A DNA stretch of 64,000 nucleotides from the human T2T-CHM13v2.0 reference genome, Homo sapiens: the NCBI RefSeq assembly GCF_009914755.1, contig NC_060944.1; one strand, written 5' to 3'. Numbering within the stretch: the stretch's first letter is position 1; every line of letters starts with the position of its first letter. Of the stretch, positions 1 through 11,755 are shown piece by piece. A model generated the notes under the pieces. The model ran no database searches. It was given only the letters and a program-made list of their open reading frames with translations, and was not told where the DNA came from. The position numbers and the translations under genes were made by a program.

Positions 1-392
1 TCTACTTCTGGGAGACAAAATACCTAAGACAAAATAGAATTTTGGTTTCTTTCTTCCTAAGAATGGACTGGAATGGGTTAGAAGGAAGATGAACTGTGGA
101 AAGAGAGAGCTAAGAATGACAGGGTGGGGAAATAATTGAATACGTAGTCCGGTGTCATGAGCAATGTGTCAAGGGAGCAGAGGGATGGAAATAATTTGTT
201 AAATTATTAACAACTAAATAATTGGAGTTGGAGGATTAGGGGCTTTTCCTCTCTGGAGAAACACAGGAAAAGATTGGAGTGAAGGCACATAATGTTAGTG
301 GTGTGATCATTCTTGATCATTCATCCTGTCATTTCTCATAGAAGGAGACAGAATTGTTTACTGAACTCAGGCATCTTCATAAGCACCCTAGG

Positions 393-750
393 TGATATAG
401 TTTGGATGTTTGTCCTGGGCTCCAATCTCGGGTTGAATTGTAATCCCCAGTGCTGGAGATGGGGCCTGGTGGAAGGTGTTTGGCTCATGGGGGCAGATCC
501 CTCATGGCTTGGTGTTGTCTTTGTGGCACCTCCTTCCACCCAACCTTGCTCCCACCATGTGAGATGCTGGCTTCCCCTTTTGCTTTCCACCATGATTGAA
601 AGCTCCCTGAGGCTTCCCCAGAAGCCAAGCAGATGCTGGCACATGCTTCGGGTACGGCCTGCAGAACCGTGAGCCAATTAAGCCTCTTTTCTTTATAAAA
701 TACCCAGTCTCAGGTATTTCTTTATAGCAATGCAAGAACAGCCTAATACA
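393..750 (+). mobile_element. MaLR solo LTR, MSTA/MSTB-type, with a short internal deletion
   Basis: Starts TGATATAGTTTGGATG and ends GCAAGAACAGCCTAATACA; contains the MST core AAATACCCAGTCTCAGGTATTTCTTTATAGC; 5-bp TSD ctagg/ctggg. Confidence 0.9.
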
Positions 751-1419
751 CTGGGATAGTCCATTCATTCTAAGTCTGTTGTTATTCAACAAATATTTAT
801 AAATCATATCCTATGTGTCACACCTATGATTTTCTGCCTTAAATAATAGGGTTCCCTTTCATCATTTTTTTTCCTTGCCACTTATTTGACAATACTGGTT
901 GCTTCTGCTTTCTGACATTGAATTCAGTTAATCTTATTCTGCTTTTGCCATCTGTGATAATAAGTTATTATCCTAGAAATATGTTTTGAATTTAAACTGA
1001 ATATCCATCTTGAAGTTGCCTTAAATTCTTTATGATAAAATCCATTTAGCATAATAATCCGAAAAGACAGAGTGAAAAAAACATTATTTAAAATAGTTGA
1101 TTTAATGTTGTTATGAAATATAACAGGACTCTTGAAAAGGTGATTAATATTCTTACACATGTTGAAACAGAACAATATGAGTTTTTTCTTATCTACTTTT
1201 CTTATCTGGTCTTCTCTGGCTTCTAACTTTATTAGCATTCGTATATTTTATTAATTAAAAGTCTTCTTGATATACATTCTGTGAAATACTTATACAAAAA
1301 CAAATATCAAACCTGAAATTCTTCAAGCTTCTCGATCCAGCTACTGATTTATTGAAAACACTGAGAAGAGAAATGTATGATTAAATGATGTAGGATGAAA
1401 TTTGTCCATACTATACTAT

Positions 1420-1905
1420 AGGAAGTAGGAAAATCTTCAGGACAATCAATCTGGTTTAGTCAACAAATAAATTCCAAGAAAAAAATAAGACAGAAGGGGA
1501 AACAATAGTTTAGAACACATACAGCTCATCTTAAACAATTCCAATGTATGGCTTTCATTTAGATTGGGATTTTTAAAATTATGGCACTTGTGAGATAATT
1601 TGAATATTGAGTATTTGATGATATTTAGGAATTACTATTAATTTGCTTTAGGTATTTTAGTTATTTGCAAAAGAGGGAAACTACACCGTTAGAGATACAT
1701 TCTGAATTATTTACAGGTATAATTATATGATATCTGGGACTGGATTAAAGTAGAATAGGGGCACGGGAGAAGGGGTTGGGGTTGGATAGGATGACCACGA
1801 ATGAATGGTTTTTGAGGCTGGTTTATGGCTTTGAGTGTGCATTATACTATTAAGTTTACTTTTGTGTATATTCAAAATTATCCATGATAAAAATGGAAAA
1901 AATTA
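1420..1905 (+). mobile_element. Ancient L1ME-type 3' end fragment
   Basis: TTTGATGATATTTAGGAATTACT...TTAGAGATACATTCTGAA...CATTATACTATT...TTTTGTGTATATT resembles the L1ME3/4 3' UTR; boundaries approximate. Confidence 0.65.
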
Positions 1906-2659
1906 AATTAATATATAGGTAGATCATCCTCAGTGTATGAATAAATTATAGTTTATTTTTTCCAATAAAAACTTTGTTATGTAATAGCATGGTTTCTTAA
2001 ATTCACCTGTTCGATAGAAATAAGGTTAAACAAGTTCAAGAATCAACTAACATCCTCCTACAGTAAGCTTCATTGCAAATCCAGTTTTGACCTTTGCTCA
2101 AAGAAGAGAATGAGAAAATAACACATTTGTGTGTGCTCTTTTCCTGACCTATGACTTGTATAGATGTTAGCACAGTGGCTTTGGTTTTAAGGTAAACATT
2201 CTTTCAGCATTTCTCATCCTTCTCCCATTTTCCTGCATTTCTCATCCTTCTCCCACCTTCTTGGTATTTTAATCATTTATGTATTGTGAACATTTTAGAT
2301 AAGATGTAAAAGTCTTATATAGTGCCCCTCAGTTAAATTTGCTTAGTTTCAGAGCTGTGGGATTCAATAAAATGAGACAGGAATTATGGGTAACCTCATA
2401 AAGGAGTATGAAGGCATTGTTATCGTTGCTACCTTTTTGAAGGAAATATGCCCTCACTCTGACTTGGAAATTAATAGTCTTTCATATAATAATTTGATAA
2501 ATTTAGTAAAATTCATTTTTGGACCTGCATCTAGATTTGCTTCTGCCACAACTAATGTGAAATATAAAATAAATACTTACTATATTTTAGCTAACATACT
2601 TTTTCATTATTTTTATTCCTAAGAATGGTAAATACTAAGAATTATCTAAATTGCTGTGC

Positions 2660-3130
2660 TGAATCATATAAATGTATCCCAAGAAAATATTTCAAAAAAA
2701 GAAAACATGCACAAAGATAGTCATTATAAAGGATAACAAAGTCAGCAGAAAAAAAAAAGATTGTCATTATAGTATTTTCAGGACTAAAACAATTAGACAT
2801 GAATCAAATGATAAAAAGTTTCAAAAAGTAAATACATAAATCATGATATTTCAGCAACAGGAATTATTGAAGTACCATGAGAAATAAATTTTTAAAATGC
2901 AACAATATGGAAATATTGAGATGTAAAATTAGGGAAAAATACAAGGAGAATAAAAATTGTGCCTTCACTCTGATATAAATATGTAAAATATGTTAGTTTA
3001 TAGACAAAAGACTGTAAGAGGATGTTCAAAAATGAAGCCAGATGTTGCATTATAGTGTTGGTATTAAGGATGAGTTATTTTTCCTTTAAATTCTCTTCTG
3101 CTGTTATATGATATTTATAAAATTTTAAAA
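2660..3130 (+). mobile_element. Highly decayed L1M fragment
   Basis: A-rich sequence with motifs resembling the L1 3' region (ATGTATCCCAAGAAAATA, ATGCACAAAGATAGTCATT). Confidence 0.45.
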
Positions 3131-3547
3131 GTGCAGAAAACAAAAAAAATTCTGCCATGAAAAACTCTAATTATATTGAAAATACCATCCTACAGGGAAG
3201 AAAGTGCAAGATTACTTTTAAGTTAGCTCTAATAAATACAGTGAATGATTTGCAATGAACTGCCACATATTTTAAAGTCTAGTTTATATTATACGGAACA
3301 ATGCAGAGAATCTCCTCTCTGTCCTTCTTAAACAGAAAGGAAAAGTGCTGTTATAAATCTTACACCCTTAAAGAAGCATGGCATCACTATGAAGATAAGC
3401 TTCACCTAATGTCCAGTACAGTGCTGGACCCAGGTGGGTACTTACCAAACACTGTGGAAAGTCTGAAGGGATGCTGGTGAGTGCCTCCCAGAGGTGGTAT
3501 TTTCTTTTCCATTGCCCCATTTTGTTCCTCTATAATATTATTTTGCT

Positions 3548-3844
<297 letters not shown>

Positions 3845-5828
3845 AAGTTCTTGTTTCAATAACTGCCTCCTTTCTCCTCCTGCAGCTTTTAAATTGTAGA
3901 TAAATATTTTCAGGTGCTAACCTAGAGTCTTACTCTTCCATGTTCATATGGGGTATCTGCATGCTGGGGGAAGGAAGAGGTTGAGGAGGGAATTGGCCTT
4001 TTGCTGGGGGTTTAGTGCACTGGAAGGCATTTTTAGAACATCTGGAGATTTGCTTCCTTTTGTCAGAATCCCAAAGACTAGACAGATATTTGAACCACAC
4101 CGTAGATAACTGTTTTGATTTTTTCTTTTTCTCTTTTTTTCAGAGACATCATAGGTCCTATTCTGGGGCCCCAGTGAATTGTTCCATAGACTTTAAGAAA
4201 TTCTTGGGCTGTTGGATGGGAAGGCAAAACCATGTAACTGGATGGAGTGATTCTTAACTTATTTCTTTTCACTCTACAGTTAAGCTAAAATTAGAAACTC
4301 TGAAAAGCTGGCTGCTTTTAAAAGGAGATAATGGACACAACCTTTGAGAAGGGCTGGTGATGGAAGGGGAAGGGAGGAGGCGGTCATTTTCCCATACATC
4401 AATAAACCATAGACATGCTTGGTTCATTCCACCACTAGGTTATTGCTGCTGGGAAGCAAATATTATCCTGTCTCTTGTTTATGGAGTAGGTTTTTTTTTC
4501 AAATTAATTAAAGGGTTTATCATCTCACTAAACACACAGATGTCTTAATAAAATGTAGAGCTATGTTTAGTATCATGCATCTGTTTCCTAGATGTCATGT
4601 GGAGTGCTCTTGGAATATAAAAATATGGTCCCTGCCCCAAGGAGTTTGTATATGCTTTTTGGTGCACATACACAAACATAAGAAAATGGGCAAGTCAAAT
4701 TATAGATGAGGATGATAGTGATTTTTTTTCACATTTCATGAGATTATTGAATATAATTTCATAAAAATGAGAATACCCTTTCAGATAAAAGTGTGCAAAA
4801 TATTTTATTTATGAATGTAAATTTTTCCATCCAAAGCCACTGATCAATTAGTTAAGTAAAATAGAAAGCGGAAGAAATTTTTGTTCTGAATGATATTAAA
4901 ATTTTTCTCAGTTTTTGTCTTGGCTCTCTTAAAAGTAAAGATTATAATCAGATAGTCAAGATGGTATTAATGTGTTTGTTTCTAAAAATGCTTTGCAGGC
5001 AGTTATCTTTGAAGAGGATGATTAATAGTGGTAGAGATAACATTAAAGAAAAACTGGTTCTATGGATTGTACAGATGGTCTTCAAGGGGTGGCCGTCCTG
5101 ACCACAGGAACTCTGGCTGCTATTTTAATTAAACTTGAGGGCAGAAGAAAAGAAACTGTTTTTTGTTTTTTTTTTCTAAGTAAGTAAGTATTGAGGTTAC
5201 ACAATGTGTTTAACCTCGGGGTTTGTCAACAATTGTAGAAAAACTGAACAGTTTACAAGAACAAGCCAGTTTGCAGTTTTTCAGTTCAGTAACCAAATGA
5301 CTTTCCTATTGTAAGTGAAAGTGGGAAACAGCTTTTCTTAGCAAATGTAGACTTTGTTCTTAGAGGAGTTAGTTATTGTCTTCAAACAATTGGTATTGTA
5401 AAATGTGACTTAGGAACAGAAAAGAAGTGTGTAATCTTATGGTAATTTTATTGTGATGTGTTACATTGTTTTAAAATGTTATTTTATTTCCTTAAACTTA
5501 TTTGTTTTTCTTTTTTTAAATTATAAAAGTAGTACTTGCTGGTTGAAAATATTAGATGATTTTCAATTCCGGCATCATAATTTCTGTTGGGAAAGAAGAA
5601 CTAAATAATACAGAAGTATGTGAAACAAAAAGGAGTTTCTCTCTTCATTCCCTGATCCACCCAGTGGTCATGCTTGTGATCAATTTGATATGTCACTATA
5701 TAGAACATTTTATTCTAAGTAGAGGCAAACATACTGACATAGAAAATCATCATATATAACATGCACAAGTGTTCATCCCAGCCCTGTCCTATTTAAGTGC
5801 TTTTATACACTTTAGCCACTTCAATTTT

Positions 5829-6051
5829 ACTCACTCTGTTACCCATGCTAGAGTGCAGTGGAGCGATCCTAGCTCTATATAACATTGAACTGCTGGGCAC
5901 AAGTGATCCTCCCACCTTAGCTTTCCAAGTAGCTAAGGCCACAGGCTTGTGCCACTACACCTGGCTGATTTTTAACTATTTTGTAGAGATGGGGTATTAT
6001 TATGTTGTCCGGGCTTGTCTTGCACTCCTGGCCTGAGCCACCGAGCCCAAC
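5829..6051 (-). mobile_element. AluJ with an internal deletion in the left arm
   Basis: TCACTCTGTTACCCATGCTAGAGTGCAGTGG...; CTCCTGGCCT joins directly to GAGCCACCGAGCCC, skipping part of the left arm. Confidence 0.85.
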
Positions 6052-8384
6052 TTTATAAATATTTTTAATGTGAAAAGTGTAACTTTACTGGAAATATATC
6101 TCTTAATAAGATAAATGAGACCATCTTTTCAAAAAATTATTTCATGTGTCTGGGGTGAAAATTATTATTACTAAAATGAAATAAGCATTAATATCAATAG
6201 TATTTCTCTTTTTCTTTTTCATAAATGTACATGCTGAAAATAATGCTCACATAAATAAATGGGTGGTAATGGAAGTCTGTTTTATAGTCATGCCTCTCCA
6301 ATCTTTGAACTCCTAAGTTATATGCCAAAAAACATCATCAGTGCTTTGTCACCAAAAGCCATTTTATTAATCTGTTGATGGAAGACTTAAGTAGGCTTAC
6401 CTTTAAATTCATTAAATCTGAGAAATTGGAAACAACCTGACTTGTAGGAGGATTTATTTACCAGCATTGGAGTCTTTTACTTTCTCAATTTGGGGCAAGG
6501 GATCAAAGGATCATTCTCTGTATCAGTTACTTTTTCACATAGCAGAATCATGTAAAACTTAGAAAGGTTCAGAATATTGGTAATTTCAGTACACTTTTGC
6601 TCATGTAATTTTTTTTAAGGAAAGCTTTTATCTGAAGTTTATGGGTATTCAATCCTTGGAGTTGTAGTTTTAATTCATTCAATTCAATTCATGGGAAATG
6701 TTATTTACATATAATCTAATTGGAGAACTCAGCCCTCAATGTCAGACAAACTCTGATTTCATTTCTTAGTTCAAGTGAACATGTTAATATGTACTGCAAT
6801 GATCTTCATTTCATTTCTGAAATTTTGAATTGAGATAGAAGAGGCACAAGGCTTGGTGATGTGACACTCTGCTGCTGTCAAGGTGTCTTCCAACTCATTC
6901 CCATTTGTCCTCCTGGGACTATCCCTCAGGATGGATGCATGCATTCTCAATAGCAGGGATAAAGAGGCAAGATTATTTAATGAAAACTGTTAGCTCTACC
7001 ACTGCCTCACTCTATAACCTGTCTGCACTCTGAGCGTGTGTATGATGCAGGGAAAACCAAAGCACCTTTATATGCTTATGGTGCCTTGGATGGAAGAAAC
7101 TTATTACATCCCTTTGTTTGGTGCCCCAGAGGATTCTACTTCCTGAGATTATGCCCCTTAGCAAGATTCTGGTTGGATGAGAGACTTGGCTTTATTTTTT
7201 AAGGGATGAGAAGGACACCAGTTTAGGGTGGATAAGAAAGGAGCAGGAGTAGCCAGCAGTGCCACAGACATCTCAGACTTATCAGACTTGGGAAAGTTGA
7301 AAACCTACCGGAATTTCATTCACTTAAAACTCTCCACGCCCATGTTTCTCTTGAAAAATCTTTATGTATACTTCTATCTCTATTTGCATAACACCATTTT
7401 AGACCATTTACATGGAAGTGTTTGTTGGCTACTATGAGAAAAATGCCAGTGATGAGCATTTACAAATTTTACTGAATTTGGACTTTTAGGTTCTCTACAT
7501 ATAATTACATTCAAATGAAGTTGTAGGGATATAGATTGGTCTATATAAATCTTCAGAGAAAGGAGAGGATGCAGAATGATGGATATTGATGATGAAGTAA
7601 GATAGGAACATATAGACTGTGTTGTTTTGAGTTGCCGAGATTCCTTAAATTTTACTTAGTTTTGTGTTTTAGAGCAGAAGATGTATTCATTTCAATTTCT
7701 CTTAACATCTATTGCAGTTCTTTTGTGAATTATGATTGGAACAGATTGCAAAATCTCCCAGTGTATCAGTTTTCCTAAAATAAATCATTAAAAGCAGTTC
7801 ATTATCTATAAATCTTTCCTGGGTTAAAATAAAAATCTGCTTTCTAGGTCAATCTTCATTAAGCTATTAATATCCTTTTCATATTATAAGCCTTTTAATT
7901 TCTTTTATTAGCAACTGAAAGTAGCTGAAATATGAATGTCATTGTTTTGAATATTAATTGATGTTTGAATTATTTTTAGTAATTATGCTCCGACGTCAGT
8001 GAACTTCATTCCAGCCCACCCAGGGACAAGGAACTTCTCCAATATATTTATATTTACTGAACTGTATTTATATTTGTATATTTGTATTTTACTTCTTGTG
8101 ATAGATGTTCCTAGTTTCTATGATTTTTATTGCAGTAAAATTCAAGAATTGTCACAAGGGTGATTCATTAGTGGTACATTAGAAAAGCCTGATTTTTGTT
8201 TTGCTTTATTTTCAAGCAAATCAAAACTTCTTCAGCATAAATACATGAGAACTCAATTTCCTAAGTCTAGAACAGCATTTGAATTTTTAGCTCATCATAG
8301 TAATTGTTCAATTTTTTCCAGAATTACTATCTAACCATTTTGTATGCATTTTATTCTAAATACAATTGACATCAAGAAAATACG

Positions 8385-8505
8385 GTGGGTGAAAAGAGCC
8401 CTGGAGTAAGATTCTGACAGGAGACTTCCTCTTTCTGCTCTGTGACCTTTTTCAAGTAAACATGTCTCTGAGTCACTTTGTTACCATTTATAAAATGAAA
8501 TGGTT
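8385..8505 (+). mobile_element. MIR fragment
   Basis: GTGAAAAGAGCCCTGGAGT...TGTGACCTT...TCTCTGAGTC...CATTTATAAAATG, MIR core-like. Confidence 0.6.
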
Positions 8506-9081
8506 TAGTCATAGTGATTCTTCTTAATTGTTACTGAGATTTATAATTTTAAAAGCAATATAAAATTAGAGAAAACACAAGCCACGTAGGCATACAAAAC
8601 GCAAAAGATGAAACATCTCTACAACTTCAGACCTTGGCCAAAAGCATTGTTCACTGCTGATGGCTGAATGATATACCCTTGCATGAGTATGCCATTATTT
8701 ATTTGCCTCTCGAAGGACATTTAGAGCACTTTGAAGTTCCAGTTGCACTCCACATGCAGAGACTCCCAAAGAACATTCTACTACATATTTTAGAATTTAC
8801 ATGTGAAAATGCAGAATCAAAGTATGTGAACATTTAAATTTTCACCTTCGTTACCATGAAAGCTATATCAAAAGTTGACATTGTAGATTTTTTTTTTCTT
8901 TGCAAATCTGTATGAAGGAAAACAAAGTTTCTTCCTTCCTGAGTTCTCTTCCTCCACTCCTGTCTTTGTGAATGGCCACTTCATTCAAGCCTCTTCAGGT
9001 ACCTTTGAGATTGCACACCATGTTTCCTTCTGAGTCTTCACAACTCTATTGTCTCAAAGCTTGATGGTGACAAAAAGTGTG

Positions 9082-9720
9082 TTCACTAATTCATCCAAGA
9101 ATTTTGGGGGCCTGGTGTTACCCTGAAGGCTAAAGTGGTAAACAAGAGCATTATGTTTCATAGTTGCTTTTGTGAAGCTTAAGGTCTAGTGGATCAAGAA
9201 AAAAATGTCCATTAGATAATGGCAGGAATGCCTGTGCTTTTCCAAAATGCGAAGGGTGAATACAGAAGGACATGATTCAGTCTGATGGTGGCTGGCAGTG
9301 ACCAGGGTCTTCAGGGAAAAGCTCACTGGGAAGTGATCTTAGCTCCAAAGGTGAGTAAGAACTAATTATCCAAAGTAATGGGGGTAGGAAGTGGGCTGGG
9401 AGGAAGAGCTTTGAAATCAGAGACATACAAAGGCCCTGCAGCAGGAGGTAGCAGAGCAAGTTAGAGTTGTTGAAGTTATAAGGCCCAGTGGCTGAGCCCA
9501 GAACACAAGGTGAAGTTTGGTCAAAGGTAAAGCCAGAACAGGGGTCAGAATAAAGCTTGCTCTGTTGTGCATTTTTTGTTACATCTGAAATGCAATAAGA
9601 AGCCAATGAAGAATTTAAGCAAGGTGGAAATAAGGGAAATGGTGGTGGTGGTGGTGGTGTGTGTGTGTGTGTCTTCATAAGAGTAACATGATTAAGTTTG
9701 CATTATCACAAATTGTCATG
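9082..9720 (-). mobile_element. L2 fragment
   Basis: Reverse L2 3' region: AAGGTCTAGTGG...GGGAAGTGATCTTAGC...CAAAGGCCCTG...GAAGAATTTAAGCAAGG. Confidence 0.7.
9640..9672. repeat. Compound (TGG)n/(TG)n microsatellite
   Basis: tggtggtggtggtggtggtgtgtgtgtgtgtgt read directly. Confidence 0.95.
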
Positions 9721-10154
9721 AAATATAAAAAGAATGCTTAGAATTTAAAAATTAGATCTTGCTTATCTTGTATGACTTGTAAGCAGATTGTAAGCATGTA
9801 AGCAGATTGTTCATGATTCTTTTGGAGGAAGTTCTCCCCAGTAATGCGGTTACTTTCCAGCATTTAGCAAGGAAATACAAATAACGTCATTTTCCGACAG
9901 GGCAGAGAGTCCTAGTCTAATTTAGTGTCACAACTAGCAGTTCTGTTATACTTTAATCCTTAAATATTAGACCAAAGCAGGGACAATAGAAAATGTGTTT
10001 ACAAACCCTCCTGATTAAGGTGACTAAAAAGCAAAAGCGAAACAAAGGAGGTTGAGGTAAAGAGCAGTCTTACACGTAAGCTTCCAGCTTTGGGACTGAT
10101 TTACAAACCACAACTGAAATGGGTATTATATATATGCTGATGAAAGTAGCTATG

Positions 10155-10563
10155 TAACATAGTTTGGATCTGTGTCGCTGCACAAATCTCCTGTTGAACT
10201 GTAATCCCCAGTATTGGAGGTGGGGCCTGGTGGAAGGTGATGGGATCATGGAAGCGGATTTCTCATGAATGGTTTAGCGCCATCCTCTTAGTGCTGTCCT
10301 CACGACAGTGATTGACTTCTCAGGAGATCTGCCTATTTAAAAGTGTGGCGCCTGGCTCTTTCTCTTTTGCTCCTGCTCCCACCATGCGAGACCCCTCCTC
10401 CCCCTTTGCCTTCTGCCATGATTGTAACCTTCCTGAGGCCTCCTCAGAAGCAGACATCTGTGTTATGCTTTCTGTACCGGCTGCAGAGCCAATTAAACAT
10501 TTTCTTTATAAATTACCCTGTCTCAGGTATTTCTTCATAGCAATGCAAGAACAGCCCAATACC
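10155..10563 (+). mobile_element. MSTA solo LTR (MaLR)
   Basis: TAGTTTGGATCTGTGTC...GGATTTCTCATGAATGGTTTAGC...TCTCAGGTATTTCTTCATAGCAATGCAAGAACAG; TSD ctatg/ctgtg. Confidence 0.92.
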
Positions 10564-11169
10564 CTGTGTCTTCATTCATTAAAAGGCTACTGAACTATGC
10601 CTACTACTGCATTTTGCAGACTTGCTTTTCCTCCATTTAGAACTAATGTCTTTTATTTCAAGACCTAATGTCACCTCATTCTTTTTTCATGTGATAATAT
10701 CCTCTGATGTGGCCTGCGAGTTGCCCATAAGGAATCGTGGAGTTTGGGATGATAGTTTTGGGGGTGTGTGCTATTTTGCCTTCTTTTTTCACTCTCAAAT
10801 ATAAAAAGGATCTAAGTGCTACTCCTGAAGTTATTTGCGGGGACTGTTTGCACTTTCTTGCTTGAGGTGTGGCTGTGGAGGGCAAGACAGACAAAAGTCC
10901 AAACTAAATGGAAAATGGTGCAGTTATTGCTGAAATAGGTTTCCCACCATCTAATTCCTTTGTGTGCTACTGGCTGAAAAAGTCCTTTTCCTTCTCAGCT
11001 CCACAGCTACTTTTTCAGGACAGAGTCTGATTTACATAGACAGGCTGAATGCAGAAGCTGTGTGTTTACCATGTGAATTTGAGGCCACTGAGAAGATTAT
11101 TTTGTTGTTCTGATCTCTTGACCTTCTGAAAGCTCCCATCAGACCTTTCTCCTCCCACCTTCCACCACA

Positions 11170-11755
11170 CTATAAATAAAAGCCAACCCATAAGCACCCA
11201 CTCAGATGTATCTGCTTCTTAAATTTCGGAATCGATTTGTTAATCTCAAAAGGCCGTAAAAACCTGAAAACTTAAGTAGCTAACAGAGAAAAAAAAAAGT
11301 TCAAACAGATTCTTGGAAGGCTTTGAAGCTAGGATGCTTGGGGAGCATCTTTGTAGTCTGTTGAGGGATTAGAGACGGCAACATCATGTCGCCTCGCAAG
11401 CCAGAGGACAGCTTTGAATTGCAGCCAATCAGAAGCCATAGTATGTTTTTGGAAGGTGGTGGGGGCCAGTTTTTTCCCTTCAAATAGCTGACATTTCGCA
11501 GCCCCCGTCCCTCTTGGAGCACGACAGCCAGAGAGTATGCAATTTGTTTGGAATTCTCTCACAACAGTCCTAGTTTGAGGCTAAGGCTAGGTTGTGAACA
11601 TTTAGAGTTTTTGTACGTCTTGACAAATTTGTGTTCATCAGGTGCTCCGTGACCATCAGTATTGTTTTGGTTATACAGACCAAGTGTTCTGGGCTCAGAT
11701 CCAAAACTTGCACAAGTAAATCAGCCTCAGAAGGCAGCCTTAGAGATCTTTGAAA
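11170..11755. promoter_or_regulatory. Candidate promoter/enhancer in non-repeat DNA
   Basis: About 11 CpGs in ~430 bp; NF-Y box AGCCAATCAG (CCAAT 11425-11429); four CTTTGWW motifs; CTATAAATAA at 11170-11179. Confidence 0.5.

Noticed and set aside
313-807. Three overlapping ORFs of 101-119 aa
   Set aside because: They lie over an MST LTR; translations are typical MaLR-derived text with no protein domain
9277-9678. 133-aa ORF, the longest in the track
   Set aside because: Starts in a (TG)/(TGG) microsatellite and runs through decayed L2
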